Assembly (NCBI RefSeq): GCF_009914755.1
Contig: NC_060936.1
From: the human T2T-CHM13v2.0 reference genome, Homo sapiens
DNA length: 64,000 bases
Strand: one strand, 5' to 3'
This document shows positions 39,525-55,069 of this stretch, one piece after another; positions within the stretch are counted from its first letter, which is position 1; each line of letters begins with the position of its first letter. The notes beneath the pieces were generated by a model that did no database searches, was not told the origin of the DNA, and saw only the letters and a program-made list of their open reading frames with translations. A program made the translations under genes and the position numbers.

Positions 39525-41249
39525 CTATTTTGAGTTCTCTTCAAAAATACCCACATTTTTAAGGAGAATAACCTAGAAGTAATCACAGTTTTCTTGTGGG
39601 GTTTAAACCATTGCTGAAGATAGTCACAATTCTCTTGTCTGATGCTTTATCACCTGGAAGACTAGAAACCAGTGTTTCTGAAATACTGAAAACAATATTC
39701 AACCTAATCTTTGATCTAGGAATACCCCTATCCAAAAGAAAGCAGTTTAGCAGCTTTGAGAGATGTTGTTGGGCTATCACTAGTACTCGTGTACGTGCCC
39801 ATGGGAATTTAGAGTTTAGGGAAAGGGAACTGTGAATCAGTGGCAAAACTAAAAGACTGGTCATAAACAATGATAGTTAATTCCCTTTCTTTTATAAATC
39901 TAAGGAGGGAATGAAGAGAAGAAACAGAGGAACATATACAGTAACAAAATCACAGGATAATTTAGAGCTGGAAGAAATGTGCTGATCTTCTGGCCAAAAT
40001 GTTTCATTTAATAGGTGATGACCTGAGACCATGATGCTAGAAACTGGCAGGTATAATGTATTTATGACATAGGTATAATTTTAGTACCAATTTACAGATG
40101 ATGAAGTTGAGGCAACTCAGATGTTACATGGGAGGGCTGGGATCTGAACCTAGATTTGGTTGGCTTCAAATTCTAAGTTTTTAGCTTCTGCACTGTCTCA
40201 TATACGTGTATCTATGAGGTCTTTTCTTGCATTGATTTAGCTGTGTTTGTTTATAATGAGTGACTGCATTTACCCCATTGCTTTGCCCATATTCCCTAAA
40301 GGATTTAGGTGGTTTTAGTGCAAGAGATATACACATATGTTTAAGAGACTTGGTTTAATGCTTGTGCTCTTCCTCTGTGTAGAATTTTACAATGTGCCAT
40401 GGCACCCTGGCACAGGAGAAAGGTCCTGGGAGTCAGAGAAAGGCAGAGAAAGGCCAACCTGAGAGTCCTTATCGAAAAAAAAAATGTGGGTAAGACGTGG
40501 GGAACAAGGGCCAAAGGATACTTCTAGTAAATTAAGACATTAAAAATAACACTACCCCTGCTTTACGATGGGCAAAAGTACTAGTCACACTTTAAAGTGT
40601 GGAAACAATGAGAAATCATATTGGTAAAGGAGGTTAAGTTGAATGGAGCAGCCGACTCAAGGGATGCTACCAGGAAAGAGTAAAGGACTCATTGTTTTCC
40701 CAAGGCCTGGCTTGAGGTATTAAACATTCCATACATCTTTAAGTGATAACTAGGCAGGAAGAGAAGGAGGAAAGTAGAAGGCCGTGCACAGTATAGATTG
40801 CAGAGGAAATATTTATTTCAAAATACAAGGATTGTGTCTTCATTGATTCGCCTATTCAATGATTAACATTTATGGAGTGCCTATTCTGTGCCCAGCCTTG
40901 CTTGAGAAGCTGAGTGTCCACAGATGACCAAGACACCAATACTAACTTCAATCCACTTATTGCTCAGCAGGGGAAACAGACAGTGAACGGTTAAGTAGCT
41001 GGACCTTAGAACTTTAAAACAATTTGAACAACCAACTCTGCTTGGGGTATCCGAGACATCACAAAAATTTCTTTTGATTTACATCTTGAGGGATGAAAGG
41101 AAGTTTGCCAGGTGAAGAAATGGGGGAAAATATATTTCAGGTGAACAGCTCTGCATGAGCAAAGACATAGAATTATGAAAGGACTTGCATAAAAGTTCTG
41201 GAGAAATGTGACAAGTTCATGTGGCTCTAGTTAGCGGACTGAGGGTGGT

Positions 41250-41389
41250 GGCTAATTTTTGTATTTTTTGTAGAGACGGTGTTTCACCATGTTGGCCAGG
41301 CTAGTCTTGAACTCCTGGCCTCCAGGTGATCCACCTGCCTCGGCCTCCTAAAGTGCTAGGATTACAGGTGTTAGCCACCATGCCTGGCC
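41250..41389 (-). mobile_element. Alu left arm only
   Basis: starts abruptly at the linker. Confidence 0.9.
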
Positions 41390-42124
41390 CCTTACTGCCA
41401 TTTTTAGAGAGGGAAAATTTCGCCAGATAAATTCCCGAGTCAATGGAGTTTCTAGAAATTCTGGGTGGGTAGGTTTCCAGAGTTCACGTCTGAATGAACA
41501 TTGTTATTCATAAAGATTGAAGGAAGGAGACAAAACGATAGTGAGGGTTTACATTTCGAAACCCAGCAGCCTTCAGATAATTTCTGTACTCTTTTCCACT
41601 CTCAGCCAAAATAGAGGCTTTCCACCTCTCTCAAAATTCCCCGTTTGTTGCATAAATTAAGAGTCCCCCTCAGAGCTCATCTTGTTAAGCAGAACTGACC
41701 AAAGGGTGGTATCTTCTATTTAACACAGCTGGGAAGGTCCCACCTGATTTTCAAACAAGACTGAAAGATAAATGCTGGTATCACACTCCAGTTGTCCTTT
41801 CCCTTTGACTTTTTAATTCCTTGCCTCTAAATATCAGCCCTTAACCAGCAGCCTGGTCATAACAAACTGAGGTTGTATCATTTGCATTGGTAATATTTCT
41901 TTAAAAACTAAACTTTAGGCTTGTATATTTTATTTTGTTTTAATTCCATTTAGGAAAGAATGCCTCAAATCCTCATATACATATAAAACTGAAAATTCCA
42001 TCATGGATTTTTGTATTCTAAAATGTTAAAACATATTTGTTACTGTAAGAGACCGCTGATGAAAAACATCTCAGCAAGAGGTTCTTGACAGTATGCACTT
42101 TTGAGAACGTGCTGTGTAGAATGA

Positions 42125-42631
<507 letters not shown>

Positions 42632-42754
42632 TAGTCCCTGAGAGAGACTCAGCTGAGAGCTGGTGCTGCCAACACTCCCAGGAGCTGGGCTGTGTGTTTC
42701 AGACCTCTGTTCTAGAGGATCTTTAATGGCACACTATGGAAATGCAGTCAGAGC

Positions 42755-43010
42755 TTACAAAGTAGCAGATGTATGGGATGAATAAGTCTAGAGAGCTACT
42801 GTCCCACATGAAGTCTATAGGGAACTAAACTGTGCTGTATTTGGGATTCCTGCTAAACAAGTAGATTCTAGCTGCTCTTGCCACAAAACAAAAAATTGGG
42901 AAACTATGTGAGATGATGGATATGTTAATTTGCTTCACTGTAGTAACCATTTTACTATTTGTATGTATCCCATAACATCAGGTTGTATAACTTAAATATA
43001 TGTAATTTAT
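42755..43010 (+). mobile_element. L1MA 3' end fragment
   Basis: aactatgtgagatgatggatatgttaatt L1MA 3'UTR motif. Confidence 0.8.
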
Positions 43011-43666
43011 TTAGAAGATAAAATTAGTTTTATGCTTTTAAAACATAACATATATCACACTAGAGAACTTGTAATTTATGTGTAAGCAGCAGACCATTTT
43101 CAATACCTTGGAAGCCCCCCACAAATCTCCCCAGTAGAGGTAACTGCTGACCTAGGTTTGGTGTTAATTTTTACTGGCAACTCTTTAGAGGTTTTTTATA
43201 AAAAATTTTCAATCCTGCTCCTTCTGCACCTTTATAGCTTTCCAAACCTACAAAAGTATGTACTATTAATTTTTGTAGTTTTGTTTTTGAACTTTAAATG
43301 GAATCACACTCACTTTATATTTTTGTCTTTTTTTGCTTAACATACTCCAATTTAGACTTATTTTCATTGATGCTTGTAGCCACAGCTCCTTCTTTTTCTT
43401 TACTGTATATTATTCTGTTGTATGATGATTTATTATGTTAATGCCATTGATTTGCTCTACATAGTCTTCTGATGCTGGGTAAACTTTTGGTGTAAGTTGT
43501 CTAAGAAAATTTGTATTTTAAAAGAGATGTTATTTACTCAAAGCCTCAATCTCCAATTGTTGAATTTCAGGTACTATGACAAACCAGATATAAACATCTC
43601 ATTCAAGCAGGAATGTTTTTTAGGGGGATAGAATGTCTTCATTATATCACTTCCTTAGACTCCTTT

Positions 43667-44186
43667 TGTTACAGTAGGTAGCTAGTCGGGCAGGAGCAGG
43701 GCAGGAGAGGGCTCCCCCTGCCCCCCACACACCACATACACATCAGGAATGTCAGGTGACCATCAGATGATGGTCAAGTGGTTGTTAACTGTCTCTCTAA
43801 TAACTGGTCACAGCTGGCACTAGGGAACAGCAGGCTCCTAATAGATAGGAAACACCTGAAACTGGTGAGCAGCAGCTTCCCCATCTCAGGAGTTGGGTGT
43901 GTGGGGAGAAGTAACACAAAACCCCAGAAGCAAGCTAACTTATAAAATCCCAAGTCAAAATGTCAAACGGGACACTTGTCCTTCAAGTCGCCCAGGTGGC
44001 CCTCTTCCAAGTATACTTTCCTGTCTTTCATTCCTGTTCCAAAGCTTTTCAATAAACTTTCACGCCTGCTGTAAAACTTGCCTTGGTCTCTCCTTCTGCC
44101 TTATGTCCGTCGGTCGAATTCTTTCTTCTGTGGAGGCAAGAATTGAGGTTGCTGCAGACCCAGATGCATACTTTCTGCTGCTAACA
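43667..44186 (+). mobile_element. MER50-like ERV1 solo LTR
   Basis: tgttacagtaggtagctagtc start, TATAAAA near 43941, AATAAA at 44051, ctaaca end; cttt/catt flanks. Confidence 0.82.
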
Positions 44187-46151
44187 CATTTATCCCCAAA
44201 GAATGGTTGTTTTTTGTCAGGACACAGTAACATTAAAAAATTCAAACACATTATAGTTGCTTGATAAACTCTATAGTTGAAAGACTGTATAAGGGAATGT
44301 TTTCTTAAAACTGCAAAGTCAAAAGGATAAGCCAGAATCAATAAAGAATTGTGGAATACAGAAATAAATTTTGCATATGGTCACCACATAAATAACCTTG
44401 ACCATCATTTTTGAATTTTAATGCTGTGATTATCAAAGGTGGGGTCTGAGCCCAAAACACAACTTTTCAAAATAATGAATCATGGGCAGTGAGTCAAGAA
44501 ATGTTGAACTTCAGCCCACAACTCTAAGAATGAGGAGTTTTGGCTAACTGCTTGGGTTTTTGTATTGTACTAATGTTGTGAATAGTATTTCAAAAAAGAT
44601 TAATTTGCTAAGCATAGCATTGCTAGAAATGACCTTTCTCTTACTGTTTTCCTGATACAGAAGAAATTCCTGCAAGAAATCTCAGCTTTCCGTAATAAGT
44701 TCCAGTAGCTAAAGACAGAACAAATCAACAGCTTTAAGTATCTGCTTGCCAAAATTTAACTAAAACTCTTGAAAGCAAAAACCCCAGTAGTGGCTTGTTC
44801 AGAAATGATTTTAAAACATCTCAAACTGCTAAGTATTCTTGATCTAGGAAACATGTCTTTGAAGTAGGATGTAAATTCTAGACCTGGAAATGCCCTTCAT
44901 TTCCCATGAGCTCAAAGCTATTACGCTCTCAGGGGCAATGATTTTTCCCTAGGAGGAAAAAAGGAAGTTTTTCTTTTCTTCTTAAAGGAGGATTGTTCTC
45001 TAAATTTTAATTTTCTTTAGGTTTTTTTGAATCAGGGCCAAAAGTCAGCAATGTCCATATAATGTTTTTAAAAAGATAATGGCTGATGAGATACGTAATA
45101 AAATAAAGCGTAAAAAAGATTAATTACAACGTGTGTGTGTGTTTGCAGGATTCAATGAACTCTAATGAGGCAGGAAAGAGATTAGTTGCAACCTCAGTTT
45201 GGGGTGTGTGTGTGTGTGCGTGTGTGTAAGAAAGGTATGCACCCCATCTAAGATAATACAGTGGTGTAAGAGGTTGGGTAAGGGGACTAGGTAGCAAGAA
45301 AAAGCACATGCTTCAAAAGTCCTATCACTCTATGAAGAAAAATTTGTGGGAAAGGGGAGAGAGAGGTCTTCTGTGGCTTAGGGAGAATCAAATGGAACCA
45401 GCACCCAGACCCCTTGTCCAGGGCTAGAAGCTCTGACTGTACCTAGATCTGCGGCAGCTTTTTCATCCTTGATTTCACACCAACTGGACTCAGCTACCCT
45501 GAGACTATAAATCTGCTTTCCTTAGTTATAAGTAACGATATAATCCCACAAAGACTCAGAAACTATAACAGAAATTAGGACAGAAATAAAAATTGTAAAT
45601 AATTGTAATACTTCTATGTACACTTAGTGTTCAGTTTTAAAATCATCATTATAATCTGCCTCTGTATGTTATTTAACACATCTAATCCATTTAAGATAAT
45701 CTGACATTCTGTAGTTGGGATTTTAATTTGAAATGTTTAATATTTGTCTTGTGATTTTCATGAGAAAAGTATTTGGCTTATAAATAGTATTTGAATGTTT
45801 AAAGGCGTCAGATGTATTATATCTCTACGCTCAGGTTTCTCAGGTTGGTAAGCACCATTTAAGTGTTTAGGTGAGTTTGGTTTGTCAAATGTCTGGGTCT
45901 ACCCTGTTAGGTGTGAAGGCCTTAAGATACACTGAAATTATGTTATTATAGTTTAACATGCTTAACTATTTACCAGTCTATTTATTACTAAATTTAATTA
46001 ATTAAGGTGTTAATTATTTGGGGGTAAATTACTCTGTTAAACATATCCATTATTAAAATATTAATCTAAGATCAAGTAAAAGCCTTATAGAAAAAACTAC
46101 TAGATTTATATGTGAAAATGACCAGCTATTTAAGTTAAGCTTAATGTTTAA

Positions 46152-46800
<649 letters not shown>

Positions 46801-46974
46801 CAAAGATCTCTGTTTTAATGTTATAAACATTAAAAAAACTCCATTAACAAACAAGATTAGGCTTTTCTGGTAAATTAATTATTCCAATTCCTAGAAAATA
46901 AAAATGGTTAGAATATGTACCAGGGTTTAGTGCAGAAAACACAATTCACTCTAGATATCTGCAGAAAGTATTTA

Positions 46975-47073
46975 TTTATTTTTTATTTCCATAGGTTATT
47001 GGGGAACAGGTGGTGTTTGGTTACATGAGTAAGTTCTTTAGTGGTGATTTGAGAGTTTGGTGCACCCAACACC
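46975..47073 (-). mobile_element. ~100-bp 5'-truncated L1PB 3' end with TSD
   Basis: ggttacatgagtaagttctttagtggtgat; cagaaa(g/a)tattta at 46962-46974 and 47074-47086. Confidence 0.85.
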
Positions 47074-47691
47074 CAGAAAATATTTAGTACAGGAATTTGG
47101 GTGCTTATATAACTGTGGAAAGGGTTGGAGGAGCAGAAGTTGGGGCAGGCTGCTGCACTTAACTGCCACCACATCTGCCACTATCAAGGATGCCAGCACT
47201 CAGGAAGCTGGTGACTAGAGGCTGATGACTTACACTGGGACTTGCTCCCCAACCATAACACCTCCTAGAAAATGGCCTCCACCTTCTTACCCAACTGATC
47301 CTACTGGCAGAACCTAAGCTGCATCCAAAACCCAACTGTGAGGGGCTGAGAAATCTAGCCCCAACGATACAGTAGGAAATTCAGAAGTCAAACAGGGTGC
47401 TGAGTGCCCAAAGGCAAGATTCATGAAGCAAAAATCCCACAAATCCACATAGGACTGTTTATTATGACTTGGCAATGTTTCCTAAACATAATATGCACAT
47501 GCAAAACTGGATGCCTTTTGTCAAACATTGCCTCTGTCAGATACATTGTATCAGGCAACTATGGTTTTCCTGCAAGTCTTTAAAAAATGCGACCTAAGTT
47601 TGGCAGAAAACGATTTCCTCTTGACATCTATCAGCAAATACACTGAAGAAAGCAGACTTTGTTTGCTACACAGTATTTCCCCCACCCCTCA

Positions 47692-48932
47692 TCTTTATTA
47701 AGGTGTAAGTGACAAATAAAAAACATATATATTCAAGATGTATAATGTGATGTTTTCATATATGTATATACTGTGAAATGACAACCACAATCAAGCTAAT
47801 TAACATATCTATTTCCTTAGCTTTTTTTGGAGAGATTATTTAAGATCTACTTTCTTAGAGAATTTCGAGTATACAATACAGCATTAACTAGTTACCCTGC
47901 TGTACATTAGGTCTCCAGACCGTATTCACCTTAAAACTGCCAAGTTTGTTGGCCAACATTTCCCCATTTCCTTACCCCTGGCCCGCAATAACCATTCTTA
48001 CAGTGATTCTATGACTTTTCTTTCTTTTTTTTTTTTTGAGACAGGGTCTTGTTCTATCACCCAGGCTGGTGCAGTGGCACAAACACGGCTCACTGCAGCC
48101 TTGACCTTCTGGGCTCAAGCAATTATCCTGCCTCAGCCCCCTGAGTAGCTGGGACTACAGGTGTGCACCACTATGTCCGTCTAGGTTTTTGATTTTTTGT
48201 AGAGAAGGGAGTCTCACTTTATTACCCAGGCTGGTCTCGAACTCCTGAGCTCAAGTGACCCTCCTGCCTCGGTCTCCCAAAAGTGCTGGGATTACAGGCA
48301 TGAGCCACCATGCCTGGCTGAGTATGACTTTTTAATTTTTATTTATTTTTTGAAATGGAGTCTCACTCTGTTGCCTAGGCTGGAGTGCAGTGGTGTGATC
48401 GTGGCTCACTGCAGCCTTGACCTCCTGGGCTCACGCAATCCTCCCACCTCAGCCTCCTGAGTAGCTGGGACTAAGGGCATACATGCCACAATGTCCGACT
48501 AATTTTTTGTAGAGACGGGATCTTCCCGCAATGTCCGACTAATTTTTTGTAGAGACGGGATCTTCCCGTGTTGCTCAGGCTAGTCTTGGACTTCTGCGAT
48601 TGCAGGGAGTGCTGGGATTACAGGCATGAGCCAACATGCTCAGCCTATGACTTTTTAGATTCCACATGTAACTTAGATCATTCAGTATTTGTCTTTTTGT
48701 GACTGGCTTATTTCACTTAGCTCAGTGTCCTCAAGGTTCAGCCATGTTGTAGTGTGTGATCGACTTTATTCATCTTTAAGGCTGAATAGTATTATCTATT
48801 ATCTATCTATCTAAAAATCAATCATCAATCTATCTATCTAGTGTGTGTGTATACACACACATACATACCACATTTTCTTTATCCATTTATCTATGACAGA
48901 CACTTAGTTTGCTTCCATATCTTGGCTATTGG
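47692..48932 (-). mobile_element. L1MA 3' fragment carrying two AluJ (~48016-48319, ~48329-48645)
   Basis: L1MA 3'UTR motifs; Alu dimers. Confidence 0.85.
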
Positions 48933-49225
48933 TTAGTTATATAGTTTTACAAATTGTTTTAGGTACTACTTTTTTTTTTTTTCCTTACAGGTATGGTTCC
49001 CAAGGGAAATTTGGCACCATTAGGTCAGTTCTGTTCCTTCCAGTTCTCTCTTGGACTTGTATTGTCTATATAGCAGAATTGATTTCAGAGCATGGCTGAA
49101 GACTGCTTTGTAAAGAGCATTATCAATAGGATAAAGGGATCTAAAGTCCAAAATTTACTCACTGAATTCAATTATCTGTGTATTCTCACTAGCAGTTTAA
49201 TCTTCTAGTTGGTGTTCTAACCTAG

Positions 49226-49615
<390 letters not shown>

Positions 49616-49974
49616 TAAGTTTGAGTGTGATTTATAAAAAACAAAATAGTAGCTTAAACCCAATGAAAGTTTATTTCTCTCTCATGTGTGCAGATGTCTG
49701 AAGGTAAGGGATCCAGAGCTGCTGTGACCCGGCTCCTCTCAGGTCACTGTACTGCCATACAAGAGTGGCCTCCATCCTTGTGGTTCAGGAAGGCAGCATC
49801 AGCTTCCAGCCAGGATGAACAAAGGGGGGAAAAGGAGGGCAAGGGCACACACGTGCCCACCATCTCTGAAGGAAGCCTTTGAGGAGCTGCTGGGTTGTCC
49901 TTCACTCACATCCCCCCGGCCAGCTCTCAGTCCCATGCCCTCATTCGGTAGTGAGGAGGGGGAATGCAGTCTTT

Positions 49975-50079
49975 CCTTTTTCTTTCTTTCTTTTTTTTTT
50001 TGGGCAGCAGCAAGATTTATTGTGAAGAGCGAAAGAACAAAGCTTCCACAGTGTGGAAGGGGACCCAAGCGAGTTGCCC
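49975..50079 (-). mobile_element. Processed LTR12/ERV9 R-region fragment with poly(A) tail and 16-bp TSD
   Basis: gggtccccttccacactgtggaagctttgttctttcgctcttcacAATAAAtcttgctgctgc on -; ggggaatgcagtcttt flanks. Confidence 0.85.
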
Positions 50080-52266
50080 GGGGAATGCAGTCTTTATTCT
50101 GAGTACCATGTGCTCTGTTAGACTTTCTATTGTGTTGGAAAAGGGAGAAAAAGGATATGGTGGAGGCAATGAGAGTCTTTGCCACATCTGACTTTCATAT
50201 GAACAGAAAACATGTGTTGGCTCCAAGTTATCTTCCAAAAAAAATTTTTTTTTTCCAGAAAAGTAAATCAATTATTACTATTGGGCTGACCTAATCCATT
50301 ATTTACCCTGGGTAGTACAGATGCTGTTTTAAAACTAGGAAAACATATTATTTCCACCTGGGTTAGCGAGACCACATTGTCTTCTGCTGCAACCCTAGCA
50401 GCAAGAAGGGGAGTCCTCTCACTTTGTGTCCCTGGAAGGCTCCCCTGATTTGAGTTCTCCAGAAGGATGGGGTTTGGTGTGGAAATGGGGAGGTCAAGGA
50501 ACTGTGCGGTTGTGAATAACAGATCAGCAAGAGAAGTGATTGAAACCTGGAGCCATGAGGAGAGGCTGCTGGGAATGAGGAGATTCTGCAGGTACATTTC
50601 CCCCACCCCCTCATCATTTCCTGTTTTGCCACTGTGGAATTTGCTTTCTGCTCGAAGATGATCCCTAGGACCCGGTGGAAAGCATGGGAATAAAACGGGT
50701 GGTGGTAGTGGTAGGGTCAGGGGTGGGGGGAAGAGGCAGGAGGCAGATGTTGAAGCCTGGGGGTCCCTGGGTGGCAGCCAGATCTACAAGAGGAAGTAAT
50801 GGTTACCTTTTCTTGAGTGCCCAGGTGGCAGACATTTTGACAACATCATCTCATTTTATTCCCTTAACAATCCTACGAAGAACTGAGGTAAAATGGACAC
50901 CCAGAAAATTAAAGTTACCTGCAGAGTCACACAGCCAGAGACAAAGTCAGAATTCAAATTCACGTTCTCTCCACTGGGTTACACTGCCAGGGCTGATGTC
51001 TCAGTGGGGAAACTAGACTATCCAACAACCTCAGGCGCAGGCCGACTTTCTTTCAGAATGATTCTGTCAATGAAAGTACAACTTTGGGTCCATAATTACA
51101 ACTTAAAGGTGAGAAATGGTGGATGTCAAACAAAGGAGAGAATGAAAAAGAGGCACCATAGCTTCTGAGATGACTTTTCCACTCCCTGTTGTAAAACTGA
51201 GCATCACTTTTATTATTCTCCCTGAAATCACTGGGCTAACTGCAGTTCCTAGCTTGCCCATCATTCTTTACCCACAGATTTTCATGGACTGGGTCCTAAA
51301 TGCAACACAACAATCATAGTAGAAAAACTTACAGTAGACACAACTGCAGGGTTTGAAAAAAACCAAGGTGCTCTTATAGGCCAGGTGAAATCAATTTGCT
51401 AAAAAAAAAGTTGAATTATTCCTTCATTGAGTATCTCTCTGAACTACATCCAGTTATCAATGTTGGCTGACTAGTCTACAGCCATTCTTTCCCCCCTTGC
51501 TCAGTAAAACCCTCCATGAGCCTCAGGGAAGGTAGGTCCAGCCTTCGGTGAAATGTAATTGGCTTAAAGGCATAGTAGTTGCACTTTTCTCACCAGAAAC
51601 TGGCTTAGGAATGATGTGCAATGCAATTCTGGGCAATAAGAAATAAAAGATGTTTGATGGAGATTTCTAGAAAAATTTACTTATAAAAAAGGGCTCAAGA
51701 AAGGTTTATTCTTCTGGCCTTTGGACATGGCTCTGTGAAGGTGGAATGTTTGGAGCTTGATGAACTGTACTGAGAGCCAGATAAACACCCCTTGTCCTCT
51801 TGCGTATGGCACAGGTGGATGTTGGTCAGAGTTTACAGCAGCGGCATAGCTTCAAGAGTTGTCTAAGAAAAAAAGGGCTTACAGCTTCAAAGAACAGGTC
51901 TCTGACATGCAGCATAAGCTGTCCCTCCTTGGAGATTTTACAATTACAGTGCACTCATGGCATTCTGAGAAGTCATGCCATGGTCAAGAATCTTTTGATC
52001 TTTGTATAACTATGCTTTTTTTCATAAAGAACATACTTATTTTTTCATGTAACACTTAACTACCCACAAAGGACTCACTTTCTGAAGAACGGACATTCAG
52101 AGTCACTTGCCTGGGCCATATTTGTTTTCCTCATTTCTACCTGGCCTTCTATTGGGGCTTTTAACTGAACCAGCCATATCCACAAAGAGAAATTCATAAG
52201 AGATGAACTTAAAATGAAAAGCAAAGACCTCCAAACCAGGAAATTGCAAGTAATTTAGTTAGCATT

Positions 52267-52633
52267 TGTATTAGTTTGTTTTCACACCGCTATCAAGAAA
52301 TACCCGAGACCGGGAAATTTTTAAAGGAAAGAGGTTTGATTGACTCACAGTTCCACATGGCTGGGGGAGCCTCAGGAAACTTACAATCATGGTGGAAGGG
52401 GAAGAGGCATGTCTTACATGGTGGCAGGCGAGAGAGAGCAAGTAAGAGCAGGGAAAACTGCCTTATAAAACCATCAGATCTCATGAGAACTCACTATCAG
52501 CAGAACAGGATGAGGGAAACCACCCTTATGATCCAATATGATCCAATCACCTCCCACCTGGTCCCTCCCTCAACATGTGGGGATTATAATTTGAGATGAG
52601 ATTTGGGTGGGGACACACAGCCAAACCGTATCA
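52267..52633. mobile_element. THE1/MSTA-family MaLR solo LTR
   Basis: tgtattagt...ccaaaccgtatca; 5-bp TSD GCATT. Confidence 0.92.
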
Positions 52634-53083
52634 GCATTTATTGAGTAGATACTATTAGGCACTGTTTCAAATGCTTTGTATTTATTAACACAGTTAACCC
52701 TCAAAACAACCCAATGAGGTAAATCCTACTGTCACTCACACATTACAGATAAGGAAAGCTGAGGCTCAGTGAGAATAAGAGATGTGCCTCAGCTAATAAG
52801 TGGAGAAACCACAATTTGATCGCAGGCTGGCTGTTCTAGAATGAGCCCTCTTAACCATGATGTCATACTGAACTCTTTACTCTCTAAAGATAGCAAAGCC
52901 AAAGAGACCTCCACTGTTCACCAGCACGGAGACATGGATTGTTCATTCTTGGTTCACAGGGGACTCCCAGAGAGGAGCCAAACCATCTAGGTTCACAAAG
53001 CCCCTCTGTACTTTCCAGCTATGACTTAACCTCTGTCTGCTTCGAGGTTTTCTTTCTCATGCTTTTTAAAATGTTAAAAAGTA

Positions 53084-53452
<369 letters not shown>

Positions 53453-54193
53453 CTATCAAAGCTAGTCTCATAACAGCCTCCCCCTATTGATCCTGGTTTC
53501 ATCCTCTGTGTTATGCCAGAACAAGCCTATCATCTTCTCTACAGTGGGCTTTCAAATATGTACAGAGAGGTGACACAGCACCCTTCTCAGGCTAAGGACT
53601 GCTGGATCCTTTCACTGAGTCTCCCAGACTAGGGCCTTCAGGGCACTTTCCCCTCTGCTCATATTTTCAACAATTCTTATGCCAATGCTTGGGATTTTTG
53701 AGCTCTTTCCTGAACATCATATCACAAAGAGTTTTTCTTATAGTCCTTCAAAGGTTAACATTTACTTCATAAGTGATGAAACTGTCAGTATCACTATAAA
53801 CTAAAACATGAAACTTAAAGCAGAATTTTATTTTGAAAAGTTTGCTCCCTTATCTATTTTCCCTCCCACAAGAAATACTTTAATCCAACAGTGAGTCTTG
53901 AAAAGAGCCAGTTATATGGTCATGTTGAGCATTAGTTGAGTGTATGACTGTATGTTTTTCTTTTCTGTCACATTAATGAGAACTGAATCTTTTTCATGCA
54001 AGATGATACTTTGAGGAGGATTTGACCAAATGCCTTCTAAATTCCCTCTTAATCCTGCGATTCTGTGATTTGAGGCTTCTTCTGCAATTTTGTTCAATGT
54101 ACACACATACTGAAGTCCTCCTTATTCCAAAGCAGTAAGTTCATTAGACATTTTATTTAGGGGAAATCTCATTTTATAACTATAGTATATAGG

Positions 54194-54276
54194 CACACAT
54201 ACACATACACACACATATATATATATGTAGGTGTCTATATATAAACGTATGTGTGTGTGTGTGTATATATATATAT
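54194..54276. repeat. Compound (CA)n-(TA)n-(TG)n-(TA)n microsatellite
   Basis: seen directly. Confidence 0.9.
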
Positions 54277-55069
54277 CTCCCATCTCCTGTTTTCTTCTAA
54301 GAAATTGCTTCTTCAGAAGGTGATTAAATTGGTTTTATAGTGGTTTATCTAGTCCTGCTGCTTATTCTCCCACTTGACATGTTAATCCCCTCTCTATTTT
54401 ATCAGATAACCCTTTGGTTATTGCCATCAGATCTACACAAACGTTTCCAGTGATGGAAATCTAGGGCAGCAACCCCCTTCATTCCAGAAGACCATTAAGA
54501 ATTCTTGACAGAGAGCAGCCCTTTGGAACAAATAAACACAAATAAACAAAAAGGCCCAGCTTTGCCCATTAGTTTCTCTGAAGGCATGGGCCCTGTCTGG
54601 GACACATAGGAAAACAAACACATTTATGTATAGACCTGTGATCAAAACTGTTCGTTCACAGAAGAACCTCCCTGAGAGGTGTTCACAAATTGTAAAGTAG
54701 TGAGGTGTTTGCAAACAGAGTGAACAAAGCAGCACGGGGAAATCAAACGTAGTCTGTCTTTTCACAGTCACAGAATCACCCAATAATATACTAAAATCTA
54801 ACCGCAGCTAACACGTCTGCATGTGTCTTCATTTTTATGGTCACCATCTAGTCCCACCATTCTCACAGGAAATGTCTCTTGGTAAAAATTTAGGATTTTA
54901 ATTAGGGGGAAAATATAACTAATTACAAAGTATCAAACCCTTAGTAATTGAAGTTTATAAGGTTAAATCCTCAAATTTTATGTCAATCATACTATATATT
55001 CCAAGATACACAAATAAACCAGATATACACAGACGCCAATGCAAGCAACACTACTTTGGTCTCATTTTG

